Shown here: in pieces, positions 1 to 11,449 of the stretch
Layout: each line of letters opens with the position of its first letter
Numbering within the stretch: position 1 is the stretch's first letter
From: the human T2T-CHM13v2.0 reference genome, Homo sapiens
Reading direction: 5' to 3' (one strand)
DNA length: 64,000 nucleotides
Assembly (NCBI RefSeq): GCF_009914755.1
Contig: NC_060947.1
Notes under the pieces: generated by a model
The model's input: the letters and a program-made list of their open reading frames with translations, nothing else
Told to the model about the DNA's origin: nothing
Database searches by the model: none
Position numbers and translations under genes: made by a program

Positions 1-2603
1 AGGTCAAGTAGTATGATACCTCCAGCTTTGTTCTTTTGGCTTAGGATTGTCTTGGCTATACGAGCTCTTTTTTGGATCCATATGAAATTTAAAGTAGTTT
101 TTGTAATTCTGTGAACAAAGTCAATTGTGACTTGATGGGAATAACATTGAATCTATAAATTACTTTGGACTGTGTGGCCATTTTCACGATATTGATTCTT
201 CCTATCCATGAGCATGGAATGTTTTTCCTTTTGTTTGTGTCCGAGGTCTATTTCCTTGAGCAGTAGTTTGTAGTTCTCCTTGAAGAAGTCCTTCATGTCC
301 CTTCTAGGTTGTATTCCTAGGTATTTTATTCTCTTTGTAGCAATTCTGAATGGGAATTCACTTATGGTTTGGCTCTCTGTTTGTCTATTATTGGTGTTTA
401 GAAATGCTTGTGATTTTTGCACTTTGATTTTGTATCCTGAGATTTTGCTGAAGTTGCTTATCAGCTTAAGGTGTTGTTGGACTGAGACCAAGGGGTTTTC
501 TAAATATACAATCATGTCATCTTCAAACAGACACAATCTGACTTTTTTTCTTTGTATTTGAATACCTTTTATTTCTTTCTCTTGCCTGATTGCCCTGGTC
601 AGAACTTCCAATAATATGTTGAATAGGAGTGGTAAGAGAGGGCATCCTTGTCTTGTGCCAGTTTTCAAAGGGAATGCTTCCAGCTTTTGCCCATTCAGTA
701 TGATATTGGCTGTGGGTTTGTCATAAATAGCTCTTATTATTTTGAGATACGTTCCATCAGTGCCTAGTTTATTGAGTGTTTTTAGCATGAAGGCCTGTTG
801 AATTTTATTGAAGGCTGTTTGTGCATCTGTTGAGATAATCATGAGGTTTTGTCATTTGTTCTGTTTATGTGATGGATTATGTTTACTGATTTGCATATAT
901 TGAACCAGCCTTGCATCCTGGGGATGAAGCCAACTTGATCGTGGTGGATAAGCTTTTTGATGTGCTCCTGGATTCAGTTTGTCAGTATTTTAGTGAGGAT
1001 TTTCACATCAATGTTCATCAAGGATATTGGCCTGAAATTTTCTTTTTTTGTTTCTCTGCCAGGTTTTGGTATCAGGATGATGTTGGCCTCATACAGTGAG
1101 TTAGGGAGGAATCCCTCTTTTTCTATTGTTTTGAGAAGTTTCAGAAGGAATGGCACCAGCTCTTCTTTGTACCTCTGGTAGAAATTGGCTGTGAATCCCT
1201 CTGGAGCTTGGCTTTTTTTGGTTGATAAGCTATTAATTACTGCCTCAATTTCAGAACTTGTTATTGTTCTACTCAGGGATTCAACTTCTTCCTGGTTTAG
1301 TCTTGGTAGGATGTATGTGTCCAGGAATTTATCCATTTATGCTAGATTTTCTAGTTTATTTGCATAGAGGTGTTTATAGTATTCTCTGATGGTAGATTGT
1401 ATGTGTGTAGGATCTTTGGTGATATCCCTTTTATCATTTTTATTATGTCTATTTGATTCTTCTTTCTTTTCTTCTTTATTAGTCTGGCTAGCAGTCTATT
1501 TTGTTAATCTTTTCAAAAAACCAGCTTCTGGATTTATCGAGTTTTTGAAAGGTTTTTCATGTCTCTATCTCCTTCAGTTCTGCTCTGATCTTAGTTATTT
1601 CTTGTCTTCTGCTAGCTTTTGAATTTGTTGCTCTTGCTTCTCTAGTTCTTTTAATTGTGATGTTAGGGTGTTGATTTTAGATCTTTCCCAGTTTCTGATG
1701 TGGGTATTTAATGCTATAAGTTTCCCTCTAAACACTTCTTTAGCTGTGTCCCAGAGATTCTGGTATGTTGTGTCTTTGTTCTCATTGTTTTCAAAGTACT
1801 TTCTTATTTCTGCCTTAATTTCATTATTTACCCAGTAGTCATTCAGAAGCAGGTTGTTCAGTTTCCATGTAGTTGTGTGGTCTTGCGTGAGTTTCTTAAT
1901 CTTGAGTTCTAAATTGATTGCACTATGGTCTGAGAGACTTTGTCTTATGTTTTCCATTCTTTTGCATTGCTGAGGAGTGTTTTACTTCCAATCATGTGGT
2001 CAGTTTTTGAATAAGTGCTATGAGGAGAATGTATATTCTGTTGAACTGGGGTGGAGAGTCTGTAGATGTCTATTAGGTCCACTTGGTCCAGACCTCAGTT
2101 CAAGTCCGAAATCTCCTTGTTAATTTTGTGTCTCGCTGATCTGTCTAATATTGACAGTGCAATGTTAAAGTCTCCCACTATTATTGTTTGGGAGTCTAAG
2201 TCTCTTTTTCGTTCTCTTAGAACTTGATTTATGAATCTCGGTCCTCCTTTATTGGGTGCATATATATTTAGGATAGTTAGCTCTTCTTCTTGTATTGATC
2301 CCTTTACCATTACGTGTTGCCTTTCTTTGTCTTTTTTCATCTTTGTTGGTTTAAAGTCTGTTTTACATAGACTAGGATTGCAACTCCTGCTTTTTTTTTC
2401 TTTCCGTCTGCTTGGTAAATATTTCTCCATCCCTTTATTTTCAGCCTATGTGTGTCTTTGCACATGAGATGGGTCTCCTGAATACTGCACACTGATGGGT
2501 TTTGACTCTTTATCCAGTTTGCCAGTCTGTATCTTTTAATTGGAGCATTTAGCCCATTTACTTTTAAGGTCAATATTGTTTTGTTTGAATTGGATCCTGT
2601 CAT
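1..2603 (-). pseudogene. Disrupted L1 ORF2 (endonuclease/reverse transcriptase)
   Basis: Starts MTGSNSNKTILTLKVNGLNAPIKR at 2603; split over several frames; RT motifs GTRQGCPL and [10 protein letters not shown] (FADD altered). Confidence 0.95.
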
Positions 2604-2666
2604 TATGATGGTAGCTAGTTATTTTACCCATTAATTGATGCAGTTTCTTCATAGTGTTGATAGTCT

Positions 2667-3695
2667 TTACAATTTGGTATATTTTTGCAGTGACTGGTAC
2701 CAGTTTTTCCTTTCCATAGTTAGTGCTTCCTTCAGGAGCTCTTGTAAGGCAGGCCTGGTTGTGACAAAATCTCTCAGCATTTGCTTGTCTGGAAATGATT
2801 TTATTTCTCTATTGCTTATGAAGCTTTGTTTGGCTGAATATGAAATTCTGGGTTGAAAATTCTTTTCTTCTAGAGTGTTGAATATTGTCTCCCATTCTCT
2901 TCTGGCTTGTAGGGTTTCTGCAGAGAGAGCCACTGTTAGTCTGATGGGCTTCCCTTTGTAGGTAACCTGATTTATCTCTCTCTCTGCCCTTAACAATTTT
3001 TCCTTTGTTTCAACCTTGGTGAATCTGACGATTATGTGTCTTGTGGTTTCTCTTCTCGAGGAGTGTCTTAGTGGTGTTCTCTGTATTTCCTGAACTGAAT
3101 GTTCGCCTGTCTTGCCAGGTAGGGGCAGTTCTCCTGGATAATATCTTGAAGTGTATTTTTCAACTTGGTTATATTCTCTTTGTCAGTTTTAGGTACACCA
3201 ATCAATCATAGATTTGGTCTTTTTACATAGTTCCATATTTCCTGGAGGCTTTGTTTGTTTTTTTTTTATTCTTTTTTCTCTAATCTTGTCTTCACTCTTT
3301 ATTTCATTAAGTTCATCTTCAATCTCTGATATCCCTTCTTCTGCTTGATCAATTTGGCTATTGATACTTGTGCATGCTTCACAAAGTCCTCGTTCTGTGT
3401 TTTTTCAGCTCCATCAGGTCATTTATGTTCTCTAAACTGGTTATTCTAGTTAGCAGCTCCTGTAACCTTTTTTCAAGGTTTTTAGCTTCCTTGCATTGAG
3501 TTGAAACATGCTCCTCGCCTTGGAGGAGTTTGTTATTACCCATCTTCTCAATCCTACTTCTGTCAGTTCGTCAAACTAATTCTCCATCCAGTTTTGTTCT
3601 CTTGCTGGCAAGGAGTTGTGACCCTTTGGAGGAGAAGAGGCATTCTGGTTTTTGGAATTTTTAGCATTTTTGCACTGGTTTTTCCTTATCTTCAT
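2667..3695 (-). pseudogene. Disrupted L1 ORF1
   Basis: C-terminal fragment VTYKGKPIRLT...QARREW...TTRPALQELLKEAL (2667-2996); upstream part frameshifted. Confidence 0.9.
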
Positions 3696-4391
3696 GGATT
3701 TATCTACCTTTGATCTTTGATGCTGATGACCTTTGGATGGGTTTTTTGTGGGTGTTCTTTTTATTGATGTTGATGTTATTCCTTTCTATTTGTTAGTTTT
3801 CCTTCTAACAGCAGGCTCCTCTTCTGCAGGTCTGTTGAAGTTTGCTGGAGGTCCACTCCAGACCCTGTTTCCCTGGGTATCACCATCGAGGCTGTAGAAC
3901 AGCAAAGATTGCTTCCTATTCTTTCCTCTGGAAGCTTCCTCCCAGAGGTGCACCCACCAGGTACTAACCTGAGCTCTTCTGTATGAGGCGTCTGTCGACC
4001 CCTGCTGGGAGGTATCTCCTAGTCAGGAGGCATGGGGGTCAGTGATCCACTTGAGGTGGCAGTCTGTCCCTTAGCACAGCTCGAGTGCTGTGCTGGGAGA
4101 TCCACTGCTCTCTTTAGAGCTGGCAGGCAGGAACATTTAAGTCTGCTGAAGCTGCACCCACTTGCTCCTTCCCTCATGTGCTCTGTCCCAGGGTGATGGG
4201 AGTTTTATCTATAAGCCCCTGACTGGGGCTGCTGCCTTTCTTTCAGAGATGACTTGCCCCGTGTGTAGGAATCTAGAGAGGCAGTCTGGCTACAGCGGCT
4301 TTGCTGCCCTGCGGTGGGCTCTACGCAGTCTGAACTTCCTGGTGGCTCTGTTTACACTGTGAGGGGAAAACCACCTACTCCATCCTCAGTG

Positions 4392-4766
4392 ATGGCAGAT
4401 GCCCCTCGCCCAACCAAGCTCGATTGTTCCAGGTCGACTTCAGACTGCTATGCTGGCAGCGAGAATTTCAAGCCAGTGGATCATAGCTTGCTTTGCTCTG
4501 TGGGGGTGCAACCTGCTCAGCAAGACCACTTGACTCCCTGGCTTCAGCCCCCTTTCCAGAGGAGTGAATTGTTCTGTCTCGCTGGGGTTCCAGGGGCCAC
4601 TCTGTTAAAAAAAAAAAAACTCGTGCAGCTAACTCAGTGTCTGCCCAAACAGCTGCCCCATTTTGTGCTTGAAACCCAGGTTTCTGGTGGTGTAGGCACC
4701 CAAAGGAATCTCCTGGTCTGCAGGTTGCAAAAACCGTGGGAAAAGTGTAGTATCTGGGCTGGATAG
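4392..4766 (+). CDS. Putative L1 antisense ORF0-like frame, 124 aa; translation unproven
   Basis: ATG at 4392 in GTGATGG context; MADAPRPTKLDCSRSTSDCYAGS...SVGVQP...RNLLVCRLQKPWEKCSIWAG resembles recalled L1HS ORF0 (MAGAPPPASLPPCSLISDCCAS...SVGVGP...LVVRRFLSRSEKRNIRVG). Confidence 0.4.
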   Translation: MADAPRPTKLDCSRSTSDCYAGSENFKPVDHSLLCSVGVQPAQQDHLTPWLQPPFQRSELFCLAGVPGATLLKKKKLVQLTQCLPKQLPHFVLETQVSGGVGTQRNLLVCRLQKPWEKCSIWAG

Positions 4767-5026
4767 CCCCATTCCTCACAGCACAGTCTCGCACAGCTTC
4801 CGTTTCCTAGGGGAGGGAGTTCACCGGCACCTTGAGCTTCCTGGGTGATGTGAGTCCCTACTCTACTTCCGCTTGCCCTCTGTGGGCTGCACCCACTGTC
4901 TAACCAGTCCCAGTGAGATGAACCGTGTACCTCAGTTGGAAATGAAGAAATCACCCTCCTTCTGTGTTGGTCTCGCTGGGAGCTGCAGACTGCAGCTGTT
5001 CCTATTCAGCCATCTTGCCAGATCCC

Positions 5027-7052
5027 ATTTCTGATTTTATTTATTTGTATTTTCACTCTTTCTCTTAGTCTGGCTAAAGGTTTTTAAATTTTGTTTAATT
5101 TTTCAAAAAACCAACTTTTTGTTTCATTGATCTTTTTTTTTTATTTCAATTGCATTCATTTCTGCTCTGATCTTCATTATTTCTTTTCTTCTACTAATTT
5201 GCATTTGGTTTGCGCTTGCTTTTGTAGTTCTTTATGATGCATCATTGGAATGTTCATTTGAAGTTTATTCTCTTTTTTGATGTAGGCATTGGAACTATGA
5301 ACTTCCCTCTTGGTATTGCTTTTGCTGTATCCCTTGAGTTTTGGTATGTTATATTCTATTATCATTTGTTTCAAGACATTTTTCAATTTTTTTTCTTAAT
5401 TTCTTCATTGACCACTGGTCATTCAGTGGCCTTGTTTAATTTCCATCTATTTGTGTAATTTCCAAAATTTCTCTTGTTATTGATTTCTAGTTTTCCATTG
5501 TGGTCAGAGAAGATACTTGATGTTACTTTTTTTTTTTTTTTTTTTTAGTGTTTTAAAACTTGTTTTGTGAACAGATCAGTGTGTCTTGCTTTTTTCTTTT
5601 TTATTCATTCAGCTAGGTTATTTTCATTGGAGAGTTTTGTCCCTTTACATTCAATGTTATTACTGATAAGTAAGAACTCCTGCCATTTTGTTGTTTTCTG
5701 GTCTTCTCTTGCTTCTTTGCTTCCTGTCTTCGTTTAGTGAAGGTTCTTTTCTCTGGTGATATGATTTACTTTGTTGCTTTTTATTTTTTGTGTATCCTTT
5801 GTGTGATTTTTGGTTTGAGGTTACAATGAGGCTTGGAAATATTGTCTTATAATTCATTATTTTAACCTTATAACTTAACACTCTGCATAAAAAAACAAAC
5901 AAGCAAAAAGGAAACTAACAAAAACTCTATGCCTTAACTTTGTCCCTCTGCTTTTTAACTTTATGCTGCTTCTATTGATATCTTATTGTACTGTCCGTGT
6001 CTTAAAAGTTGTTGGAGTTATTATTTTCGATTTGTTCATCGTTCATTCTTTCTACTTAATATAAGAGTAGTTTACATATCACTGTGACAGTGTTATAATA
6101 TTCTGTGTTTTTCTGTGTACTTAATATTACCAGCAAATTTTGTACCTTCAGTTGATTATGTATTGCTAATTAGCATCTTTTTCTTTCTGGTTGAAGTGTG
6201 CCGTTTAACATTTCTTGGAGAATGTCTTGTATTGATGAAACCTCTCATCTTTTGTTTTTCTGGGAAAGTCTTTTTTTCTCCTTTATGCTTGAAGGATATT
6301 TTGGTCAGATATACTATTCTAGGTTAAAAGTTTTTTTTTTTTTCCTTAAGCATTTTAAATATATCATGCCACTGTCTCCTGGCCCATAAGGTTTCTCCTG
6401 AGAAGTCTGCTGTCAGATGTATTGGAGCTCCATAGTATATTGTTTGTTTCTTTTCTCTTGTGATTTTAGGGATTTTTCTTTATCTTTGATCTTTGGGAGT
6501 TTGATTATTAAATGCCTTGAGGTAGTCTTCTTTGGGTTCAATCTGCTTGGTGTTGTATAAACTTGTATTTGGATAACAATATCTTTTTTTTAGGTTTGGG
6601 AAGTTCTCTGTTATTATCGCTATGAATCAACTTTCTTCTGCTGTCTTTTTTTCTACCTCCTCTTTAAGGCCAATAACTGTTAGATTTACCCCTTTGAGGA
6701 TATTTTCTAGATCTCGTAGGCGTGCTTCATCATTTTTTATTCTTATTTCTTTTGTATCCTCTCAATGTATATTTTAAAATAACCTGTGTCCAAGCTTACT
6801 CATTCTTTCTTCTAATCACTAATCCTTCGGTTCTGCTACTGAAGGACTTTGATACATTCTTCAGTATGCCAATTGCATTTTACAGCTCCAGAATTTCCAT
6901 TTGATTATCCTTAATTATTTCAATCTCTATTAAATGTATCTGATAGAATTCTGAATTCCTTCTCTGTGTTATCTTTATTTTCTTTGAGTTTCCTCAAGGC
7001 CCTGGGGCTCTGAAGTCAACAGGTGGCAAAGCAAGCCAGGCCTGTGTCCTCC
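5027..7052 (-). mobile_element. L1MA2-like LINE-1 fragment (5'UTR piece, ORF1, ORF2 N-part) with two internal deletions
   Basis: Colinear with the reverse complement of the 16589-22848 element, with jumps at ~5570 and ~6998; host of the younger L1 at 1-5026. Confidence 0.85.
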
Positions 7053-10000
7053 TACTTTATTGAGAGTTTTTAACATGAAGCAATGTTGAATTTTATTGAA
7101 AGCCTTTTCTTCATCTATTCAGATAATCATGTGATGCTTGTCCTTAGTTCTTTTTATGTGATGAATTGCACTAATTGATTTGCATGTGTTGAACCAACCC
7201 TGCATCCCAGGGATGAAGCCTACTTGATCATGATGGATTCGCTTTTTGATATGCTGCTGGATTCAGTTTGCCTGTATTTTGTTGAAGATTTTTGCATCTA
7301 TGTTCATCAAGGATATTGGCCTGAAGTTTTATTTTTTGTGTTTCTGCCAGGCTTTGGCATCAAGATGATGCTGGCCTCATATAAATAGTTGGGGATGAGT
7401 CTTATGTTCTTAATTTTTGGAACAGCTTTTGTGGGAGTGGTACAGATTTTTTTTTTTTTTTGTACATCTCATAGAACTCGGCTGTGAATCAGGGCTTTTT
7501 GTTTGTTTGTAGGCTATTTATTACTAATTAAATTTCAGAGCTCGTTATTGGTCTTTCAGAGATTCAATGTCTTTTTTATTTTCAGTCTTGTGAGGTTGTA
7601 TGTGTTCAGTAATTTATCGATTTCTTCTAGAGTGTCTAGTTTATGTGCATAGAGTTGTTCATAGTAGCTCCTGATGGTTATTTTTATTTCTGTGAGGTCA
7701 GTGGTAATGTTCCCTTTGTCATTTCTGATTGTATTTATTTGGATCTTCTTTCTTTTTTTCTTTCTTAATGTAGCTACTGGTCGGTCTAGTTTTTTCAACT
7801 TTTGGGATCATTAGTGTTTTGTATGTTTTTTGTTTTTTTGTATCTCAATCTCCTTTATTTCACTTCTGATTTTGGTTATTTCTTGTCTTCTGCTAGCTTT
7901 GAGACTGGTTTTCTCTTGCTTCTGTAGTTCTTGTAATTGTGATGTTAGGTTGTTAATTTGAGATCTTTTTAACTTTTTGATGTGGTGTTTAGTGCTATAA
8001 ATTTCCCTCTTAACAATGCCTTAGCTGTGTCCCAGAGATTCTGGTTTGTTGTGTCTTTGTTCTCATCAGTTTCAAAGAACTTCTTGATGTCTGCTTTAAT
8101 TTGATTATTTACCCAAGAGTGGTTCAGGAGCCACTTGTCTAAGTTCTATATAATTGTATGATTTTGAGCAATTTCCTTAGCCTTGACTTCTATTTGTATT
8201 GCATTGTGGTCCAAGAGTGTGGTTGGTATGATTTCTGTTTTTTTTTTTTTTTTTTTTTTTAGTTTGCTGAGGGTTGTCTTATGTCCAATTGCATGGTCGA
8301 TTTTAGAGTATGCATCATGTGGCAATGAAAATAATGTATACTCTGTTGTCTTTTGGTAGAGAGTTCTGTAAATGTGTTTTAGGTCCATTTGGTCAAGTGT
8401 TGAGTTCAGGTCCTGAATTTTTTTGTTATTTTTTTTAACCTCAATGATTTTTTTTCATATTGGCAGTGGGGTGTTGAAGTGTCGCACTATTATTGTGTGT
8501 GAAACAAAGTCTCTTCATAGGTCTCAAGGAACTTATTTTATGAATGCGATTGCACCTGTGTTAGGTGTGTATAGATTTAGGATAGTTAGATCTTCTTGTT
8601 AAGTTGTACCCTTTACCATTATATAATGCCTTTCTTTGTTCTTTTTGATCTTTGTTGGTTTGAAATCTGTTTTCTCTGAAATTAGAATTGCAACCTCTGC
8701 TTTTTTTCAGTTTTTTTTTTTTTTTTTCTTAGTAGATTTTTCTCCATCCTTCATTTTGAGCCTATTGGTGTCATTGTATGGAAGATGGGTCTCTTGAAAA
8801 CACCATACCATTGGGCCTTGCTTCTTTATCCAGCCTGCCTGTGCCTTTTAGTTGGGGAATTTAGCCCATTTCCATTCAAGGTTGATATTGGTATGTGTGG
8901 ATTTTCTCCTGTCATTATGTTAGCTAGTTATTTTACAGACTTGCTTTTGTGGTTGCTTTTTATTGTCACTGGTCTATGTACTTAAATGTGTTCTTGAAGT
9001 GGCTTGTAATGATCTTTCTTTTTGATATATAGTGTTTCCTTCAGGAGCTCTTGGAAGGCAGTTCTGGTGGTAACGAATTCCCTAAGCATTTGCTTTTCTG
9101 GAAAGGATCTTATTTCTTGTTTGCATATGAAGCTTAGTTTTTCTGGATATGAAAATTTTGATTGGCATTTCTTTTCTTTAAGAATGTGGAATATTGGCTC
9201 CCAATTTCTTCTGGCTTGTAGGATTCCTACTGAGGCGTCCACTGTTAGTCTGATGGGCTTCTATTTGTATGTGACCTGACCTTTCTCTCTAGCTGCCTTT
9301 AGCATTTTTTCTTTCATTTTGACCTTGGAGAATCTCATGGTTATGTGTCTTGATGATGATCTTCTTGTGAATTATCTTGTGTGAGTTCTCTGCATTTCCT
9401 GAATTTGAATATTGACCTCCCTAGCTAAGTTGGGAAAGTTCTCATGGATGATATCTTGAAATATAATTTCTAAGTTTCTTCCATTCTCCTCATCTCAGGG
9501 ATACCAGTGGGTTATGGATTTGGTCTCTTTACGTAATCTCATATTTCTCAGAGGTTTTGTTCATTCCTTTTCATTCTTTTTTCTGTATTCTTTTCTGACT
9601 GTCTTATTTCAGAAAGGCAGTCTTCAAGCTCTCAGATTCTTTCTTCCTCTTGGTCCATTCTGCTATTAATACTTGTGATTGCATTATGAAATTCTTGTAG
9701 CATGTGTTTTCAGCTCTATCAGGTTAGTTATATTCTTTTCTTTACTGGCTATTTTGCCTATCAGTTTCTGTAACATTACAGTCCACATTTCTAATGTTGT
9801 TTCTGTAATTTCAACCATCTCAGCCTGGTTCAGAACCCTTGCTAGAAGGCTAGTGTGATAATTTGTAGCAAAGAAAGCACTCTGGCTTTTTGAGCTGTCA
9901 GGTTTCTTGTGCTGGTTCTTTCTCATCTTTATGGGCTGATGTTCATTTAGTCTTTGAGGTTGCTGTCCTATGGATGAGTTTTTTTTTCTTTTATCCCATT

Positions 10001-11440
10001 TGATGACCTTGATAGTTTGTGGTATTTGGTGGGTACAGTCAACTTGCTTTGTTTCTGAAGATATTGGGGGGCAGGGCTCACTCTGATGGGTGGTGGCAGC
10101 CAGAGAATTTCATAGGGCTGTGGCAGTGAGATCTGTTCTTGTTCACATGTCCTAGCAGCAGTGGCAGCAGCAACATGGTGGGGTGCATGCTTGTTGGCTA
10201 CCATAGGGCATTAACAGGTGCCAGGGTGCAGGCCTCCATATGGATGTTTGCAGAAGCAGAGGAGGTAGCATGCCTTGGGCACTGGGGAGACCCCTACTTG
10301 TTACTGTGCACCTGGTCATGCCAGTGTTGGTGTCAGCACACAGGTGGGGTGTTGGCAGAAGCAGTACTGTGTGTGCCCCCTTTGCACATTCACACAGGTG
10401 GAGGTGGCCTCTCAGGGTGGCAGAGTGTCCTCTGTTTTCTGAGCCTAGTTTCACTCCAGTGGCCATGTTAGCCCAGAGGCAAGATGCTGATATGAGTGGT
10501 GCTGACAGGCTCTGTGCCTGCAAAGATTCTGACTGCAATGGTATGGTTGGGGGATGGGAGGAAGAATGCAATCACACTGGCAGCAGTGGCAGTGCAAGGT
10601 GTACATACACACACACACACGCATGCATGCACACACATACGCTGGTGGGACAGAGAAGGCAAAGTCTGTCCATGCACATGCATAGTGGCAAAGCAATGTT
10701 GGGGTGGCCATGCTCTCGTAGGAAGCTGCAGTGGAGTGTGGGAGGGGACAGGTTGTTATGTGTCTGTGGGGGCCACTCTGCTGGAACTCTTTTCTGGCCA
10801 GGCATGGTTCACCAGTGCAAGAGCTACAATGTAGGCCCCCAGGGCACCTGAAGCCACACTGCAAGCAAGTGCAGCCAGGCTGGGGCCCTGGGAGAGGCCG
10901 GCAGACCAAGGGGTGTTCAGATTGGACTGGTTTTGTGTAATGGGCAAGAAAATTCTGTAGAGTTCAGGTATGACAGTTCCCCTAGAGCTAAAGTTTCCTA
11001 TGGAAGCAAGTTGAGCCTAGGAAGATGGCCATCCATGGCTGCACTTCGCTATATTCCCACATCAAACCCTCTGGGCTCTACGCCAACTGGAGTGCTCCCT
11101 CCTACCACTTCTCTAATGGCTTCCCCTGCCAACTCAAGTGTCCGTGGTGGGAGAGGGGTCTCATCCTACCAGAATTCCAGAAGCCCATTGTAGAGCATGT
11201 TGCTTCTTGCCAGTTCAACTCACCCATTCTCCCAGAGTTGTTGGAGGCCAAGAACAAGTCCTGGTGCACTGTAGCCCTGTGCAGGGTTCCCAGCTGCCTC
11301 CTCCTTCAGCCAAGCTTCTGGTCTTTCCTCCATCCACTCTTAGTGCCGTACCTCTGAAGATCTGCTAGGAGTGCGCCAGTTGTCCCAGTCCCTCAGTGGC
11401 AGCTGGTTCACCTGGATGCATCTAGTCAGCCATCTTGCCC
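7053..11440 (-). mobile_element. LINE-1, L1PA13-16 (L1P4)-like; 5'UTR, ORF1 and half of ORF2; 3' half missing
   Basis: 5' end GGGCAAGATGGCTGACTAGATGCATCCAGGTG; ORF1 start MRKNQHKKPDSSKSQSA at 9926; ORF1 C-term 8982-9242; ORF2 fragments 7556-8388. Confidence 0.85.
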
Positions 11441-11449
11441 AGCTTCTCC

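Larger units (their letters stand above)
1..5026 (-). mobile_element. LINE-1, L1PA7/L1PA8-type, with complete 5'UTR; 3' part runs off the window start
   Basis: Minus strand begins GGGATCTGGCAAGATGGCTGAATAGGAACAGCTGCAGTCTGCAGCTCCCAG (5026 downward), followed by colinear ORF1 and ORF2 remnants; same 5'UTR type as the 35870 copy. Confidence 0.95.

Noticed and set aside
5560-7000. Internal L1MA deletions as RNA splicing products
   Set aside because: GT/AG dinucleotides lie near the ends, but the observed junctions are one base off the predicted spliced sequence and the donors are poor; microhomology explains them better.
9968-11368. Cluster of overlapping 60-203 aa ORFs on both strands
   Set aside because: Inside the GC-rich, low-complexity 5'UTR of an L1; no recognisable domain or exon structure.
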